Assembly: GCA_003971905.1 (NCBI GenBank)
Contig: RSEE01000090.1
Location: 186,001 to 250,000, forward strand
DNA from: Moniliella sp. 'wahieum'
Lineage: Eukaryota
DNA: 64,000 nucleotides
Direction: 5' to 3'
The translations under genes and the position numbers were made by a program. A model generated the notes under the pieces. That model searched no databases. It saw only the letters and a program-made list of their open reading frames with translations, and was not told the origin of the DNA. Each line of letters begins with the position of its first letter. Position 1 is the stretch's first letter. Below, one piece after another: positions 12,898-26,094 of this stretch.

Positions 12898-14227
12898 CTA
12901 GGCGTCTGGGATGGCCGTGAGACCCAAATAGTCGGCGACCAAGACGCGGGTGAGCAAGCTCCAAGCGCGCACGGTGGGGTAATGCAGTGCGGAGGCGTCG
13001 TCGGCTTTGCGGTGCCAGACGGACGGGAAGGGGGAAGGAATCAAATGCAGCACGGGCACGCCCTGGTGGAGAAACGGGAGATGGTCATCTTCTATGCCGC
13101 CCCAAGCTGGGGCAGAGGAGAGGAACGGTCGGATTCGAGCTGGGCGGGACGGGAGCGGAGGCACGCCGTTGGCCAGTGCGGAGTTGGGATTCGGTTTCGG
13201 GTTCGGGTTGGGGGTCGGACTGAGATCGAGCAGGCCCAAATCGCGTAATCGTGTTTCGAGACCGAGGAGACGCGTGTGCAGCCACTTGGTAGAGTGAAAG
13301 TACGAAGGCACCGAAGGGTTGGGTGCGCCCAGCAGGTCGAGCAGAATCAGATGCTCCATCTGATCGATCCGCCGCGCAGACTTGTCCCACTGGCGAGGGA
13401 CGAGGTGGCGCTGGATCCAGGCGTAGCTGCGTGCCAGCCAGCGTGGCAGGGGTTGGGTCGGGGATACGAGCACCATAGGAGCCGAGGAAGGGGAGGAGGG
13501 GAAGGACCAGTGGCTAGCGAGTTGGCGAGCACCGTAGATCGAGTCGGTATGGGTCCATTGGTGGTAGGCTTCTTCGCCATCGAAAAAGATGATTTGCAGT
13601 GCGGGAGGCTGGACCGAGGGCGTAACAGGCTGCGACGCCAGCAACGTGTCCAACGCCCGCGCTACATCCACTAGCATCGCACACGGCGCAGCACTATCGG
13701 TTGCGCCGATAAAGGGGTACTCGGGCGAGGTGGGGGGGAAGTACTTGCTGTGTCGTAGTGGGCGGCGAGGGTGAGCGTGGGACCCGCTCCGGGGGAGGCA
13801 AGCGCACGCGGGGGGCCAAGGGGCTTGGTGTAGACGAGGTTGACCATGTCGCGCGGGCCGAGCGGGTGTCGGCGGTGAAGCGCTGGTGCTCGGCGGTCCA
13901 GCCGGTGAGCTGGCGGGTAAAGACATGGTCCAGGGCGGCGCGGACGGCGAGGTTGCCTGGGCTGGCGGGCTCGCGGGGGACGAGGAGGCGGGCGAGGAGG
14001 GACTGGGGGTCGGTGAAGTTGAGGGTGGGGGCTGGGTCGAGGCGGTGGACGAGGGCGCGGAGCTGGTGGTCGGAGAGCGGGGGGCTGCGGCGAGGCGGCG
14101 GTGGATGGCGGGGCGGGTGGGGGGCGGGTGGGTGGCGGCGGGACGGTGCGGAGGCTTGCGAAGGCGGCTGCGACGCAGAGCGCGAGGAGGGCGAGGAGGA
14201 GGGGCGGAGGCGGGGGCGGGGGCGCAT
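12898..14227 (-). CDS. Glutaminyl-peptide cyclotransferase (glutaminyl cyclase, M28 fold), secreted/type II membrane
   Basis: LAAHYD-SKYFP, FIGATDSAAPCAML, IIFFDGEEA, DSIYGARQLA, LLDLLGAPNP and IEDDHLPFLHQGVPVLHLIPSPFPSVWH. N-terminal hydrophobic segment LLLALLALCVAAAF. Confidence 0.93.
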
Positions 14228-14284
14228 GATGGGGGGGAGGGGGGAGGGGGGGAGGGGTGTGGGGTGGAGCGGGCGGAGGGAAAC

Positions 14285-14371
14285 GGGGCGGAAGGGCGGG
14301 GCGGAAGGCGGAAGGCGGGCGGAAGGCAGGCGGAAGGCGGGCGGAAGGGCGGGCGGAAGGGCGGGCGGAAG
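14285..14371. repeat. Array of eight GCGGAAG motifs immediately upstream of the glutaminyl cyclase start
   Basis: GCGGAAG at 14288, 14301, 14308, 14319, 14330, 14341, 14353 and 14365. Confidence 0.85.
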
Positions 14372-14519
14372 AAGCGGCGAGACGCGCGTGGCAGCAGGGT
14401 GACCGGTGGCACGTGGGGTGCGCGTCGGAGCGCCAGGGGGGGCTGAGCGTTTCTTCGCAGTGGGCGACGCGTGAGGGGTGCGGGTGGGATGGTTCGAAGG
14501 GGAGGTGGGATGGATAGAA

Positions 14520-17288
14520 TGGGATGCGATGAGCGCAGACACGCACCGCGCGTTGAACATTGCCGCCCAGCGGCCTCTGCGTCTGCGTCGGGGCGTGAGC
14601 GTGCGGTGGACCGGGCCGCTCCCTTCCGCCTCGGGCGGACCTGCGCGCCAACCCACCCACACGCCGGCGCGCCCACCCGCCCAGGTGCCTCCCTGCGCGC
14701 CACCCGCCACCACCCCCCCCCCCCCCCCCCCCCGCCTCCTCCTTGCTCTGCCGCCGCCCCGCCCCCAGCCCCCCCAACACCAGCCTCTCCTTCCCCACCC
14801 TCACCGACGCCCCCACCGACGCCGACACCAGCGCCAGCTTTGCCGCCCCGCCCCTCGTCTTTGCCCCCGCCCCGCCCAAGCCCATGCCCGCCGCCAGCAA
14901 GCTCGCCCTCGCCGCATGGGCTATCTCGCCGAGACTGCGCGGGTCGAGCGCATGCCCCTGCCCACGTCCATGCCCATGTCCATGCCCATGCCCATGCCCA
15001 TGCCCCTCTCTGCCTCTCCTCCGCCATCGCCCCGCGCTTCATCCCTCGCCTCCCACCGCCGCCTGCCTGCCCCTCCCCCCCCCATGCCCCGCGCACGCAC
15101 CCGAGCTGCCCCAACCGAGGCACAAGGCCTATGCCCTTCTCCAACGTCGACGCCCTGCTTGCCGCAGAGAAGAACCGCCCCCGTTTCTCCACCCCGACCA
15201 AGCCGAGCTGCTGAAGCACATGCGCTCTCGCCCCACACCGCTTTCCTACCCGCCCTCGTCCTCCTCCCCGTCACTGTCCGCGTCCCCCCCCCCTTCTCCT
15301 CCTCTCATCCACGGCCGCGGCATGGACGCGTGCGCTGCCCTACGTGTCGTCGTGCTCAATGGCAAACATGCACCTCCTCGTCCGGCCCGAACCCCGCGGC
15401 AAGGAAGACAAGCCAAGCTGCCCGCTGGGTCGCACCCGCACTCGCCCCCGCCTTGGGCCCTCTCCCCACCGCCCTCGGCGCCGGCCGCGCACACTTTAGT
15501 TTCCCTCCCTCGACCTGTCCCTCCGCCCGGCCACGGTCCATGCCCAGCATCCCTCGCTCCGCGCACCGAGCCCAACCCTACCGCCGTTCCTGCCCCTGCT
15601 GCCGTTGGCTGCGCTGCGCCCCCCCCGCCGCCCGCGACGGCCGCCGTGGCCGGAACGCTAGACCGTGCCATGGCACGTCAAACGTTTTCGTCTCGACGAA
15701 TTTTACTCGGCGTCTTCCGCTCGCGCCATCGGTCCACGGAGGAGGAGAAACGACATGGAACTAACCCCCTCTACCCGTGGCGACGGCAACCCTTGCAAAC
15801 CTTGCAACCCTTCTTCCCCGCACCCCTTCCATCGTACCTTGCAAACGCCGTGCGCGTGCCCATCCATCTTCCGTCCTCGCTCACGCCTCGGCCCGTGCCA
15901 AACGAGCACCGAGGAAACTGCCCCCGTCCAAACCGGACCGCGACGCTGCCTCTGCTCCCAGCTCCGAGGGCGACTCGGACGTGCCTCTGGCCAAGTTACA
16001 AGCGACCAACGATACTCTGCTCCTGGCCCCGTCTTACCGTACCTCGCGCTCCGATTGGTCGCCCGGGATCGGGCACGGGAACGGGCAAGTGCAAGTGCAA
16101 GCACAAGCGCTCGAACTGGACGAGCTCGACTCGGCGGACGAAGCGGACCGGTTGGCGTTCGACTCGGATTCCGATTCCGATTCCGATTCCGATTCCAATT
16201 CGGATTGCGACGCGGTCGCGCGCTCTTCCGCTTCGGCCTGACGCAGCACGGTACCCCCATCCCGGGCCAGACGACGGTCCGGGCACCGAGCACGGTGCGG
16301 ACCACAGTGCAGACTACGCGGGCTACGGCATGGGGGACGGAGCGGACTGTGCTGGGGTCCAAGGGGGGGGGCAAGACCAACGCAGCGCGCTGGGATCGAG
16401 ACCGTTGGCTTGTCACAAGAAACGGGCGTGGCGGGCGTGATGCGACGTAGGGCCGCACCGAATTCCAATTTACGTCAAGCACCTTCGTCCCCGCCTTCGT
16501 CCCCGGGCGCAGGGTGGGGTGCACTGCGCACGCCTGCGTCCCACCTCCCTTTGCTTCACGTCACTGCGACCGGGACCAAGCCGATCGACAGGACGGATGG
16601 GACGGATGGGACCGCTACGACCAACGCGATCGCTACGACCGGTGGGACAGATGGGACCGACGCGACCGGCCAGCCTCGGTACCCCACCTCGCACCCTTAG
16701 CCCCGGACGTAAATTCACACGGTGCGTTACCGCTCCTTCAGCCGCACTTGCTTATGCCCGCCCGGACCGCCCGTACCGCCCCCACCTCGTGCGCTGTGGA
16801 ACGCTTCCCTCCCTCCTACGTGGCGCGCCGGCGCGCGACGCTCACAACGTCCCCCCGTGCCCATGCCCACTTCACGTGGGGCTACCCCGCTGGGTCCCCC
16901 ACTGGGCACGCCACGGGTTGGAACCAGCCTTACCGCCCGCTCGGCGCATGACAACCTGCGCGCCTCCACCGTACCTTCCTACCACCGCGCGCGAGGCAGA
17001 TACGGTCCCGCACACGCAACCGCAAACCCAACCGCAACCGCAAACGCACACGCACACGGACGCGGACGGGGACGCGGACGCGACCCCCACCTCCACGGGG
17101 TAACTGCGTCGACGCTGAACGCGGAGCAGTCCAGCGGTTCGCTCGATGTCCCTGGTGCCCCGCGCACCGACACCGACACCGACACCAACACCGACACCGT
17201 CGCTAGCACGGCACGCGACCATGCCGAGCGACAAGAGCGCGATGCAGCGGCTACGCTTTTGGGGTTGTTTTCGGTAGGTAGGGCGTGA
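14520..17288 (+). CDS. Low-complexity hypothetical protein, possibly regulatory; heavily frameshifted
   Basis: Coding-like segments switch frames: MPFSNVDALLAAEKNRPRF, PDQAELLK, acidic ELDELDSADEADRLAFDSDSDSD, a WDR/YDR tripeptide repeat, and C-terminal RDAAATLLGLFSVGRA*. No domain confidently recognised; boundaries uncertain. Confidence 0.45.
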
Positions 17289-18815
17289 AGCGGGAGGATG
17301 CAAGTTGCTCGCTTTGGCACGTTTGTCTGCTGGGCAGTCGTTGTGGCGTCCAGGGTGGATGGAGGATGGAGGAGAGTTCGGGGGGGGGGGGGGGTGGCTG
17401 GGTACGGTATAATACGCCTTGCCAGCGCCTCGATGTGGCCCGTTCGGTTCTGTTCCTTCGTGTCGCATTTGGATCCCTTGGCTGCCCAGGGGAGGGCGCT
17501 TGCGTTGGTCCTGTAGCAAAGCGGACGTGTCAGCCATGGGGCTACTTCTCCACCTTTACTGGGCCTTGTCTTGGCCTTGGCCTTGGTCTTGGCCTTGCCG
17601 CCACGCGAGCAGGGATCGAGGCGCCTGCGGAGTGCAAGGTGCCCATCGTGCCGTGCCATACCATGCATCCAGGCTGGACGAACTTGTCTCGTCTCGTGTC
17701 GTCCCGTTCCCCAAGCGCGCGCCCTATCTCGTTCTACGCACACTGCATCTCGTACTATAGTCTCGGCCTTGTTTCTGTCTGGGCGATGCGCAAGGGAGAG
17801 AGAGGAGGGGGGGCTGCCTTGTTCAGCTGAGCCGCGTCGTTTACTTTGTGGGTCCATAGCATGCAGCATGGCGTGCATGCGAGTCGCCAGCAGGTCCGCT
17901 GTTGGCCTGTTAGCTGGTTTGCCTGCTGAGGAGTGCGAGGCGCGGGGGGAGCGGATCCGAACGAGCCTCTCCTGCAGTGGTGGCATAGCATGCAGGGGGA
18001 GCAATGCGATGGGCGCGATGAACCAAGGTACTCCTACTGGAGCGCTGTTGTCCCAGCGCGATGCATGGGGGGCCTGGGTGGAACGCACGCACCAAGCGTA
18101 CGCATGAGCATCAGCTGCCGCGTGCACGGCCCCCCCCTCCGCCTACTCTCCCACCGCACTATGGCAAATGAGAATGGCCCGCCGGAGTCTATACCCTGTG
18201 CTGCGTGTACAGGGTGTACAGGGGGAGGTCTGGTGTGGGTGCTGTCAGGTCACGGGGATGGCATGGGCCATGATGGCCATGCTGAGGGCCATGCTGACGC
18301 CGGCTGATGCACCGATGCCGATGATATCGCCGCTGCTGCGCTGATGGGGCGGGCGCAGATGCAGCAGCAAGGAGAAGCGCTAGCTTAGCACAAAGCATGT
18401 GGTGCCTGGGCGCCCACCCAGCACCCACCCAGCCACAGCGCCAGTGTGTGACCACGGCTGCGATGCATGATGCAGGGTGGGCGCAGGCGCGCAGCCACCG
18501 CTGAGATCACCGCTGAATGCTCCCCCCTGCCACCCCATGCATCAGCCCCCACCCCGCAGCGCGCCGGTGTCCTCCACGCGGGTGGGCCCAGGCGCCAGGG
18601 TGCTCCGCTGGCGCCCTCCTGGCAGAGGGGCAGTGTCTTGCCGTCGCCGATCAGTCGTCACGCATGGCCCATCATACATCATGCATCCCCCTCCTCCAGG
18701 GCGGGTCGCGCGGCGGCCACCGGCGACGCTCGTTCGCTTCCCACTGTCCTCCTCGCTCGTCCTCTCGTCCTCCGCCCTCGCCCCCTCCCCCCCCCCCTCC
18801 CCCCTCCCCACCGCC

Positions 18816-21241
18816 ATGCTGCGCAGCCGCCGCGCAAGGGCCGCAGCCCAGCCCAGCTCCTCCCAGGGCGCAGCACCCACCGCTCCTTCCCCCTCGCCCG
18901 CCCGCCTGCCCGATCCCCAGCTGGCCGAGGCGTCCGCCGCGCTCCTCCGTCGCTTTGTCGCCCTCGTCCAGCCCGGCCTGGACCTCGGCCTGGCCGTCGC
19001 CGCCGACGCGGCCACCGACGCCGGCCAGGTGCCGCCTGTCGACGACTGGCCCGCCATCTACTCCTCGCCCAACCTGCCCTCGGCCGGCGCCAGCTTTGCC
19101 CCCCATGCCGAGCACATTGCCGTCCGCTCGCTTCGCGCCACCCCCAATGCCGCTGCGGCCAACCATCCCCACCTGTTTGCCATCGACTCCATCTTGCTCG
19201 GCCCCACGGCTGCCCAGGCCTGGACCCTGCTGGCCGCAGCGGAGAATCGGCCGGTGTGGGACAGCGGATGCGAGCGGGCGTACGTGGCGCGCTGGCTGCC
19301 TGATGCTCCTCACAGTCAGGTGCATGCCCGTGTCGAAGTGTTTGATTTTGCGGGGATCTTTATGGTGGCCAAGCCGCGCGACATGACCCTTCTCACCGTC
19401 GATGCCCGCCTGCCCCCCGTTGGCACAACAGGAACCCGTCTGTTTTCCGTCAGCACCTCCATTGACGATCCCTCCCTCCCGCCCAAACCCAAGTACGGCC
19501 GCTTCACCTTTGGACTTGGTGGTTTCCTGGTGGAGCCCCTGTCTCCCATTGAGATCCAAGGCCAAAGTGTCCCTCGCACCCGTGTTCGTCAGATCAATGA
19601 CTTGACTGCCTCTGCATCCTGGTGCCCCTCCCCGGTGGTCAAGATTGTGTCGGCGACGATCGTCCCGCGCTCGCTTGCCCGCATCGCCACTGTCAGTTCC
19701 CACATCGCCGTGCCGCCCGCCTTGGGCGGCGAAGTGGATGCCAAGGTGGACGTCACCGCCCCGACTGATCCGGGCCAAGACGCCGAGGCGCATGCGCAGG
19801 CAACCAAGCTCCTACTTTCCCTCTCTTCGCCCATCCAGCCTTTGACGTGTCCCGCGCCCGGCGTTACGGCCAAGGCTTCCTGGATTGCACATCGCTTCTG
19901 GCCTGCGCGTCTTCCTCTCTTGTCAGTTTCGAACGAATCAGAGGTACTTTCGCCTCTCACCGCCGACGTTGGAGCGAGCACGATGGAGGAGGAGGAGAAG
20001 CAACCATCTTCCCTTCTTCCCGCACTCGACGCCCAGCCTTCCGCTCTTCCGCTTCGTTCTGTCAGCACCAAGGCCGACCCACCGGCGCCACTCCATCTCG
20101 ATAGGGATGGCCCTACGATCGACGGACAGGGAGATAAGACCGTCGGGCCGCTCGGCATGGACGCCACCGTGGCAGAGTGCACCTCGATCGACGCTGTTGC
20201 TGCCCCTGCACTGACCGAAGACACCTCGGCCGATACGTCTGGTCTGGCGAGTTTCCGTCGCCTACGGCGAGTGCAGGGGAGTAGGGAGCTACGTTCCCAC
20301 TGTTCTCGTCCCAGCGAGGTGAGCAGTACGTTGCCCAGCACGTTGTCCGAGAGTGGGCCTACGCCCCCCCGGCCGAGGGCTCGGGTGGCTTACGTCCGTT
20401 CCCAGTCGTCTCCTCTTGTGACCAAGCGACGGTACAGGTACAGCCTCCGCACGCACTTGGGCTACCCAACTCGCACCCGCGTGGAGCTGGCCACAAACGC
20501 GGTCTGTCCGCTCTGTCTCTCACGCCGTCCGAGACGCCGTCGGTGCAATGGGCCCGAACCAAGGCCAAGCCCACGGCAGCCAAGATGAGCGAAGCGGCTG
20601 CTAGGGGCACCATGATTCCTCCCCCGGCCAGTCGGACCACCCATCGGACCAACCAGCAACACCACCACCCTTGTTGGCCAGTGAACTGTACCCTGCCACG
20701 TCAATGCCGATGCCCGTGCCGCTGGGCATCCCATCCAGTCCGGCCCTGGCTCCCGCGCTGGTGCACACCGCCTCGGATTTCTCTGACCTCCCCACCGGGC
20801 ACGTGGGGGAAGGACCGGTGGCCGTGCGTGCCCCGGCCACACTGGCCGCCTACCGCGGCCGATGGAAACCGCGTTGGCCACTGCACCGACCGCGATTACG
20901 TTTCCGGCTGCGCGGTCGGCGTCCCCGTGCAGGCGCAGCGGCTGTCGCTGCGCTCCGCCGCGCCCAACAGGCCGCTAAAGTCGCCGTGCGCGCACCGGGG
21001 TACGCGCATACATTTTACGCGCTTGTTTGTCCTGGGCCCATCCGCCTATTCCCGCTGGCTTGCTGGTGCGGGTGTGTGGGTGGGTGTCGGTGTCGGTGTG
21101 GGTGCCGGGGCGGGCGGGGGGGGGACGCTTGCCCTCTGTCCCTCCTCGGCCTTTGCTCCTCCCTCGCACGTCGTCTGCCATCCCGGGATCGTGGCCTTCC
21201 TTCTCCCCCCCGATATGGGCCAGCCCATGCCCGTGGTCTAG
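18816..21241 (+). CDS. START/SRPBCC (lipid-binding) domain protein with long disordered C-terminus
   Basis: AWTLLAAAENRPVWDSGCERAY...IFMVAKPRDMTLL...SVSTSIDDPSLPPKPKYGR...GGFLVEPL...TRVRQINDL..ASWCPSPVV follows the START pattern (RxxWD, PRD, vddp.lPp..gyvR, GfliEP, gW.P). The 3' end is approximate. Confidence 0.75.
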
Positions 21242-22448
21242 GTCCACGCGCCGAAACGCCCCGAGGAACCTTCCCGTCATCCTCGGTGCGGTGCGCGGTG
21301 CACAGCGAGTGTCACCGCTCAACCCTTGTGTTTTTTGCCCAGGGCCGAGGGGTGCGGTGGGGTCGGGTCGGTAAAGAGTTTCAAGGGTTGCATGGTGCAT
21401 GGTGCATGGTGCATGGTGTACCCTTTGCTGTTGCTACAGAGGACCCGCTTCGCTTCTTCGTCCCCCCTTCCACACACCGCCACCTCCCCTCCTACTTCCT
21501 ACCTCCTACCTCCTACCTCCATGTACCTCCCCCTCCATTTCCCCCATTAGTCTGCGTGCTCTTCCACGCCCCATCCTAGGACGCCTCTGTTTGCTCATGC
21601 ATCTCTCCATGCGCCCCGGAACGGGATCAACCCCGTTGCCCGTTGCCCGTTGTCTGTTGCCCGTTGCATGTTATACGTTACAGTTACACGTTACCTGTGC
21701 ACGTTGCCAGCCTCGGTTTTCGCTGGGTCTTTCCTTACCCGCATTGCGCATTGGCTACTCAACTTAACTATGTGCCACTACCCCCCCCCCCCCCTCCACG
21801 CTTTGCTTTGCTTTGACCTCCGATCTCATTCCGTTCTTCCCATGCATGTCGTTGCCCCCATCTCGGTAGGTCGCGAGATAGATGCGAGCGAGGTAGCGTG
21901 CCAACGGGGGCGGAGTAAAGGACGAGTGGGAGTTACGTACGGTATGGAACGGAAGGGAACGTAGTAGGGAACGAAACGGTAAGAAACGTGCAACGCGTGC
22001 CAAAGGGTGCATCTGGTGCGTCGTGCCCCGACGAAAGCACGGGGCGCAAGGCAAGGATGAATCGCAGCGCCAACCTCCGCAGGGGCAGGGCAGGCAAGCC
22101 AACGTGTGAACCAGCGTACTTCTACGAACGATGTAGACCCACCAGTGCAGACTACGTCTTGGGTCGGGAGTCTGCTACGGGGCAGGAGGACTAGGGAAGG
22201 ATCGAATCAGGACTCAGGAATCATTAATCAGGACTCAGGCAGGACTCAGGACTCCGGATTCAGGACTAAGGACCCAGGACTCGGAAGGCATGAATCAGGC
22301 AGGACCAGCCGGAACAGTGTCGTTCTTGGCCCCGAGGCATGCGCGGAGCGCCTCGAACACCGCCGTCGCCACGCCTTTCACCCACCGAACCAGCGCACAC
22401 GCGTCCCCCATACCCCACAAGGCGTGTCCCGCCGTGCCTTGGGCCATG

Positions 22449-25340
22449 CTAGGCCCGATGGGCGCAGGACTGATCCACCGCACCGCACGCCATCTTGCCC
22501 GCCGCGCGACGGGTGATGGTCAAGCGGGCCCGGACCAGGACAGGGTCGGGCGGTAGGACGCGCAAGTTACCCAGCTGAGCCGCGGAGGAGGAGGGGGAGG
22601 GAAAGATAGGGTCGGTAGGCGCAATGGTCCAGTGCAACAGTTGGTTCTTGCTGTCCACCTCCACCTTGCCCGTCGAAACGACCACCTCGACCCCCCAGAT
22701 CCAATCCCGGTCTTCAACGTGTCCCTCGACGCCCCGAACCAGGCCCAAGCGCGCCTCGCTCCCTCCCTCGTCGCCCGCCGTGTCGTCCCGCCCCCCTCGT
22801 CCTGGGAAGGGCGCGCGCCAGGCGCGCACGGGCACGAAGACACCGATCGGTGCGGCACGGGAGTACGAATGACCCAGTCGGGATGCGCCGCGACTTCGTC
22901 CGGCTCGGCCCACCGCGCATAGTGCAGCATGGGAAGGTAAATTTCCGTTGTTTTCCCCCTCTCGTAGGCGCAGCGAGCCTGCGCTTGACTCAGTTCCACC
23001 TCGAGAGTGAACTTGCCCGAGTCACAATCAAATGTCATTGCCCGAGGGGTGCCGACGGTGGCGCGCGCATACGCTCGACAAAACGCACGGCTCGCCCCCC
23101 CCGCGGTACAGGTCGCCCATCGGCACAGGAAACGTTATGTCGGCCACAGGGTGGTTGTGGTTGAACTTTCCCGAGTGCGGGGTGGCCTGGTTCTTCATCA
23201 GCAGCGCCTCGTACAGCGCAAGTGAGAGTGAAGAGTGTTGCTTCTTCTCCTTTCTCCCTCCTCATGGACGATCAGGTCTGCGCCGCTGGAGAAAAGGTAG
23301 TCGGACGGGGCTGCCATTGCCTCGTATGAGGTGGTGAGCGAGGCGGGGTACGGTGGCCGCCGCGTCGTGGTAAGATCAATGTCGTCGTGGGACCAAAACG
23401 AAAAATCTTCCCCGTTCCACTGGTCGCCTTGGAGATGGGAGTTGAACGGGTCGTAAGTCCAAGCCGTGTAGGAGAGCAGGTTGGTACCCTCGCACGCACG
23501 TAAGGTTGCATCGAGCGCAGTGACTTGGTTGGAGTAATCGCCCTTGCCCTTGCCCTTGGCATCACCAAAGTACGCCTTGCGCTTGTCCAAGTCATAGGGC
23601 GTGCCCAACTCGCCCATCAAGGTAGGGTAGTCACCCATGCAGTCCAACGTGTCTTGACGCAAGTAGCCCAGCTGGTCGTGCATTGCCTGTCGGATTGCCT
23701 TGAGCCCCACTTTGACCCCAAACATCACCCCGGGGTACTTGCCCCGCAAAATGCCCAGCGCATCCACATTGAACCAATTCCAGTGCTTGGTGATGAGGGT
23801 CAAGCCATCGTAAAAGTGTTGTGTCGAACACGCTCGGCCCTTCAACTCCCTCCCCCATTTGGGGCGGGGGCTCAAATATCGGGGGCTGCACCATGGCAAT
23901 CGCGTCCTTGTGTACGTCTTGGATCGAGGCACGGCACTTGCGCCAAAAGGGGTACCAATACTCTTGAATAAACTCAATCGTCTGCTCGGGTGCAGCATCA
24001 GGATGACGAGAACGAGAAAAGTAGTCCTTGTCCAGTACCTCCCCCGTTTCCATGTCCCACGCACCATGCGCCGCCCAGGGACACACACCCAACTGCCATT
24101 CCGAGCTACGCTGCCACCCCCACTTGGCACCACCTTGGATGCGATCCTGCTCGGGCGTAAGCCACAGCACCGCACCCTTGGGATCCACCTCGACATCTTT
24201 GAGTTTTTTGGGGCCCAACGCGCCAAACGTCCAATTCTCCACCGTTTGCCTGCCCCATGCCCAGTCGCATGCTCTGCAACGGACACGGCATCGGGCCCAT
24301 CTTGAGCGGCCACGACGCCGGAATCCGGTCCCACACCGTAAGCCCGACATAGGTGGGGTTGGGCTCGTTGAGGCTGTCCCAGCCCATCACACAACTGTCC
24401 TCCAAGTCGCCTGCGTTGTGGATGCGCTGCGCGAGCTGGGTGCAAGCGGCCACAAAGTGGTCTTGGAGCCAGTCTTGGATGTTCTTGCCGTCGAGGATGC
24501 AGTGGGGCAATAAGTCGCGCCCGGCAAAAAACATGGAGGATAACGTGGCGGCACCCAGGCGCGAGTAGTTGGTCGCCCACAACATGGGCGGGAACGTGTG
24601 GGGATCAGGGTGCTGGGCGGTAGGCCACTCGAATTGCAGAAAGGCAGACTGGGTCGGGGTGAGGAACCGACGATCTATCCCACACGCGGGAAGAACCCAG
24701 AATGGAGCTCCGCACCCCCTGTAAAGCGCGAGAAGAGATCTTGGTGTGGGTCCATAAATACGCGGAAGCCGTACTGCTTGAGCTTGCGCAGAACCTCCAC
24801 CACATAATCCATGTACTCGTAGTCGTACTGGCCTCTGCAAGCAATCACATCACATCGTATAGCAACCGTCAGAATCTGCCCCGACCCCAACGCAGATGGA
24901 GCAGGCACACGCCAACACCCTACGCCCAACAGACTGGCGAGCCCCCAAGGGCACAACCCAAAACCTAGCAGAGAGCAACATCAACGTACGGACCAGCATG
25001 TTCCAGCGCCTCCCACGTGAACGGGTAGCGGATCACAGTGAACCCAGGCACGGAGACGGGCAAGGTGTTCGTCCGCCGAGCCATCGTCGAGGCGGAAGGG
25101 GTGTGGAGCGAAAGGATCGCCCCCGTTTCGGCAATGTCCAGATCAGTCGGGGGCGTCGAAGGTGCTACGCCCGCGGGGCTGCTTCCCACCACATAGGTTG
25201 ACGCATGGAGCAGGATGGCGCGGTCGGCCTCGTCGCGGAAATGCCTCCCCGAGGCGTGGAGGTAGGGGCGGGAACCGGATCGGTGGCAGCTGGCGTTTGA
25301 GTCGCTGATGCAGGCCGACAGGTGTGTGCACGTCACCCCA
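22449..25340 (-). CDS. Glycoside hydrolase family 5, EGCrP/Egh1-type (glucosylceramide / steryl-beta-glucoside hydrolase)
   Basis: [63 protein letters not shown], acid/base [25 protein letters not shown], nucleophile [25 protein letters not shown] and C-terminal [11 protein letters not shown]. The start codon was not resolved. Confidence 0.92.
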
Positions 25341-25837
25341 CGAGAGGAAGAGAGAAGAGGACGGGAGCAAGAAGATGAGAGGAAGGAGTGCAAGGTGAAG
25401 AGGCGGGTGGTGAGCGTGGCGAGCGTGATGAGCAGTGAGTGCGGGAAGGACGATGCGGACGAATGGTACTCAACCTCAACTGAGCACTGTTATGGTGGCG
25501 GTGGCAGGATAAGTTCGATCGTCGATGACCGATGATCGGTGATTGGGGATGCGTGACATGTGCTGGGTCATATACATCACACAAGGAGGGCCACCACCGG
25601 GCCTACGGCCCGGTCAGCCGGGGCGTCGCCCCAGCTGCCGTTCCCCCTTCGCCGCCTTAGCCACCGTTCCACCGTCGCCACCGTCGCCACCGTTCCCCCG
25701 GCCCACCATCGCCACCGTAGCCACCGTTCCACGCTGGAGAGGGAACATAATATCACCGATGCATGCGGGTGGGCAGGAACGTGGCACCGGTCGCTGATGT
25801 AAAAGCGTGCAGATCGGGGGATTTCGCAATATTATCT

Positions 25838-26094
25838 GTTGGCTACTAAGTCTCAGTGGAAATGGTTCCTCGCTCGGATGTCAACCACGTTCCTCCGTGT
25901 TCACACGCGCTTCCTATGGTACGGGACCGGATGGCGAGAACCGGAGGGTCCTGATATCCTGGCGATCCCGCTGGTTCCTTAATCTTGGTGGCGCTTCCAA
26001 GTAACCCCCGCAAGATGAACGGTTAGGTTTATAGACGTAGCGTTCCCCCTGTCCCAGCCTTAAGCTCTGTCAATGAAATGGACGTGATCTAGAG
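25838..26094 (+). mobile_element. Dispersed repeat copy 1 (probable LTR-retroelement internal end plus start of LTR, TGTCA at 26068)
   Basis: Near-identical to 29450-29721 and to the reverse complement of 53046-53196. Confidence 0.75.

Noticed and set aside
15131..15760. Homeodomain (RPRF..PDQAELLK)
   Set aside because: I could not find a helix-3 WFxNxR motif in the frames I read.
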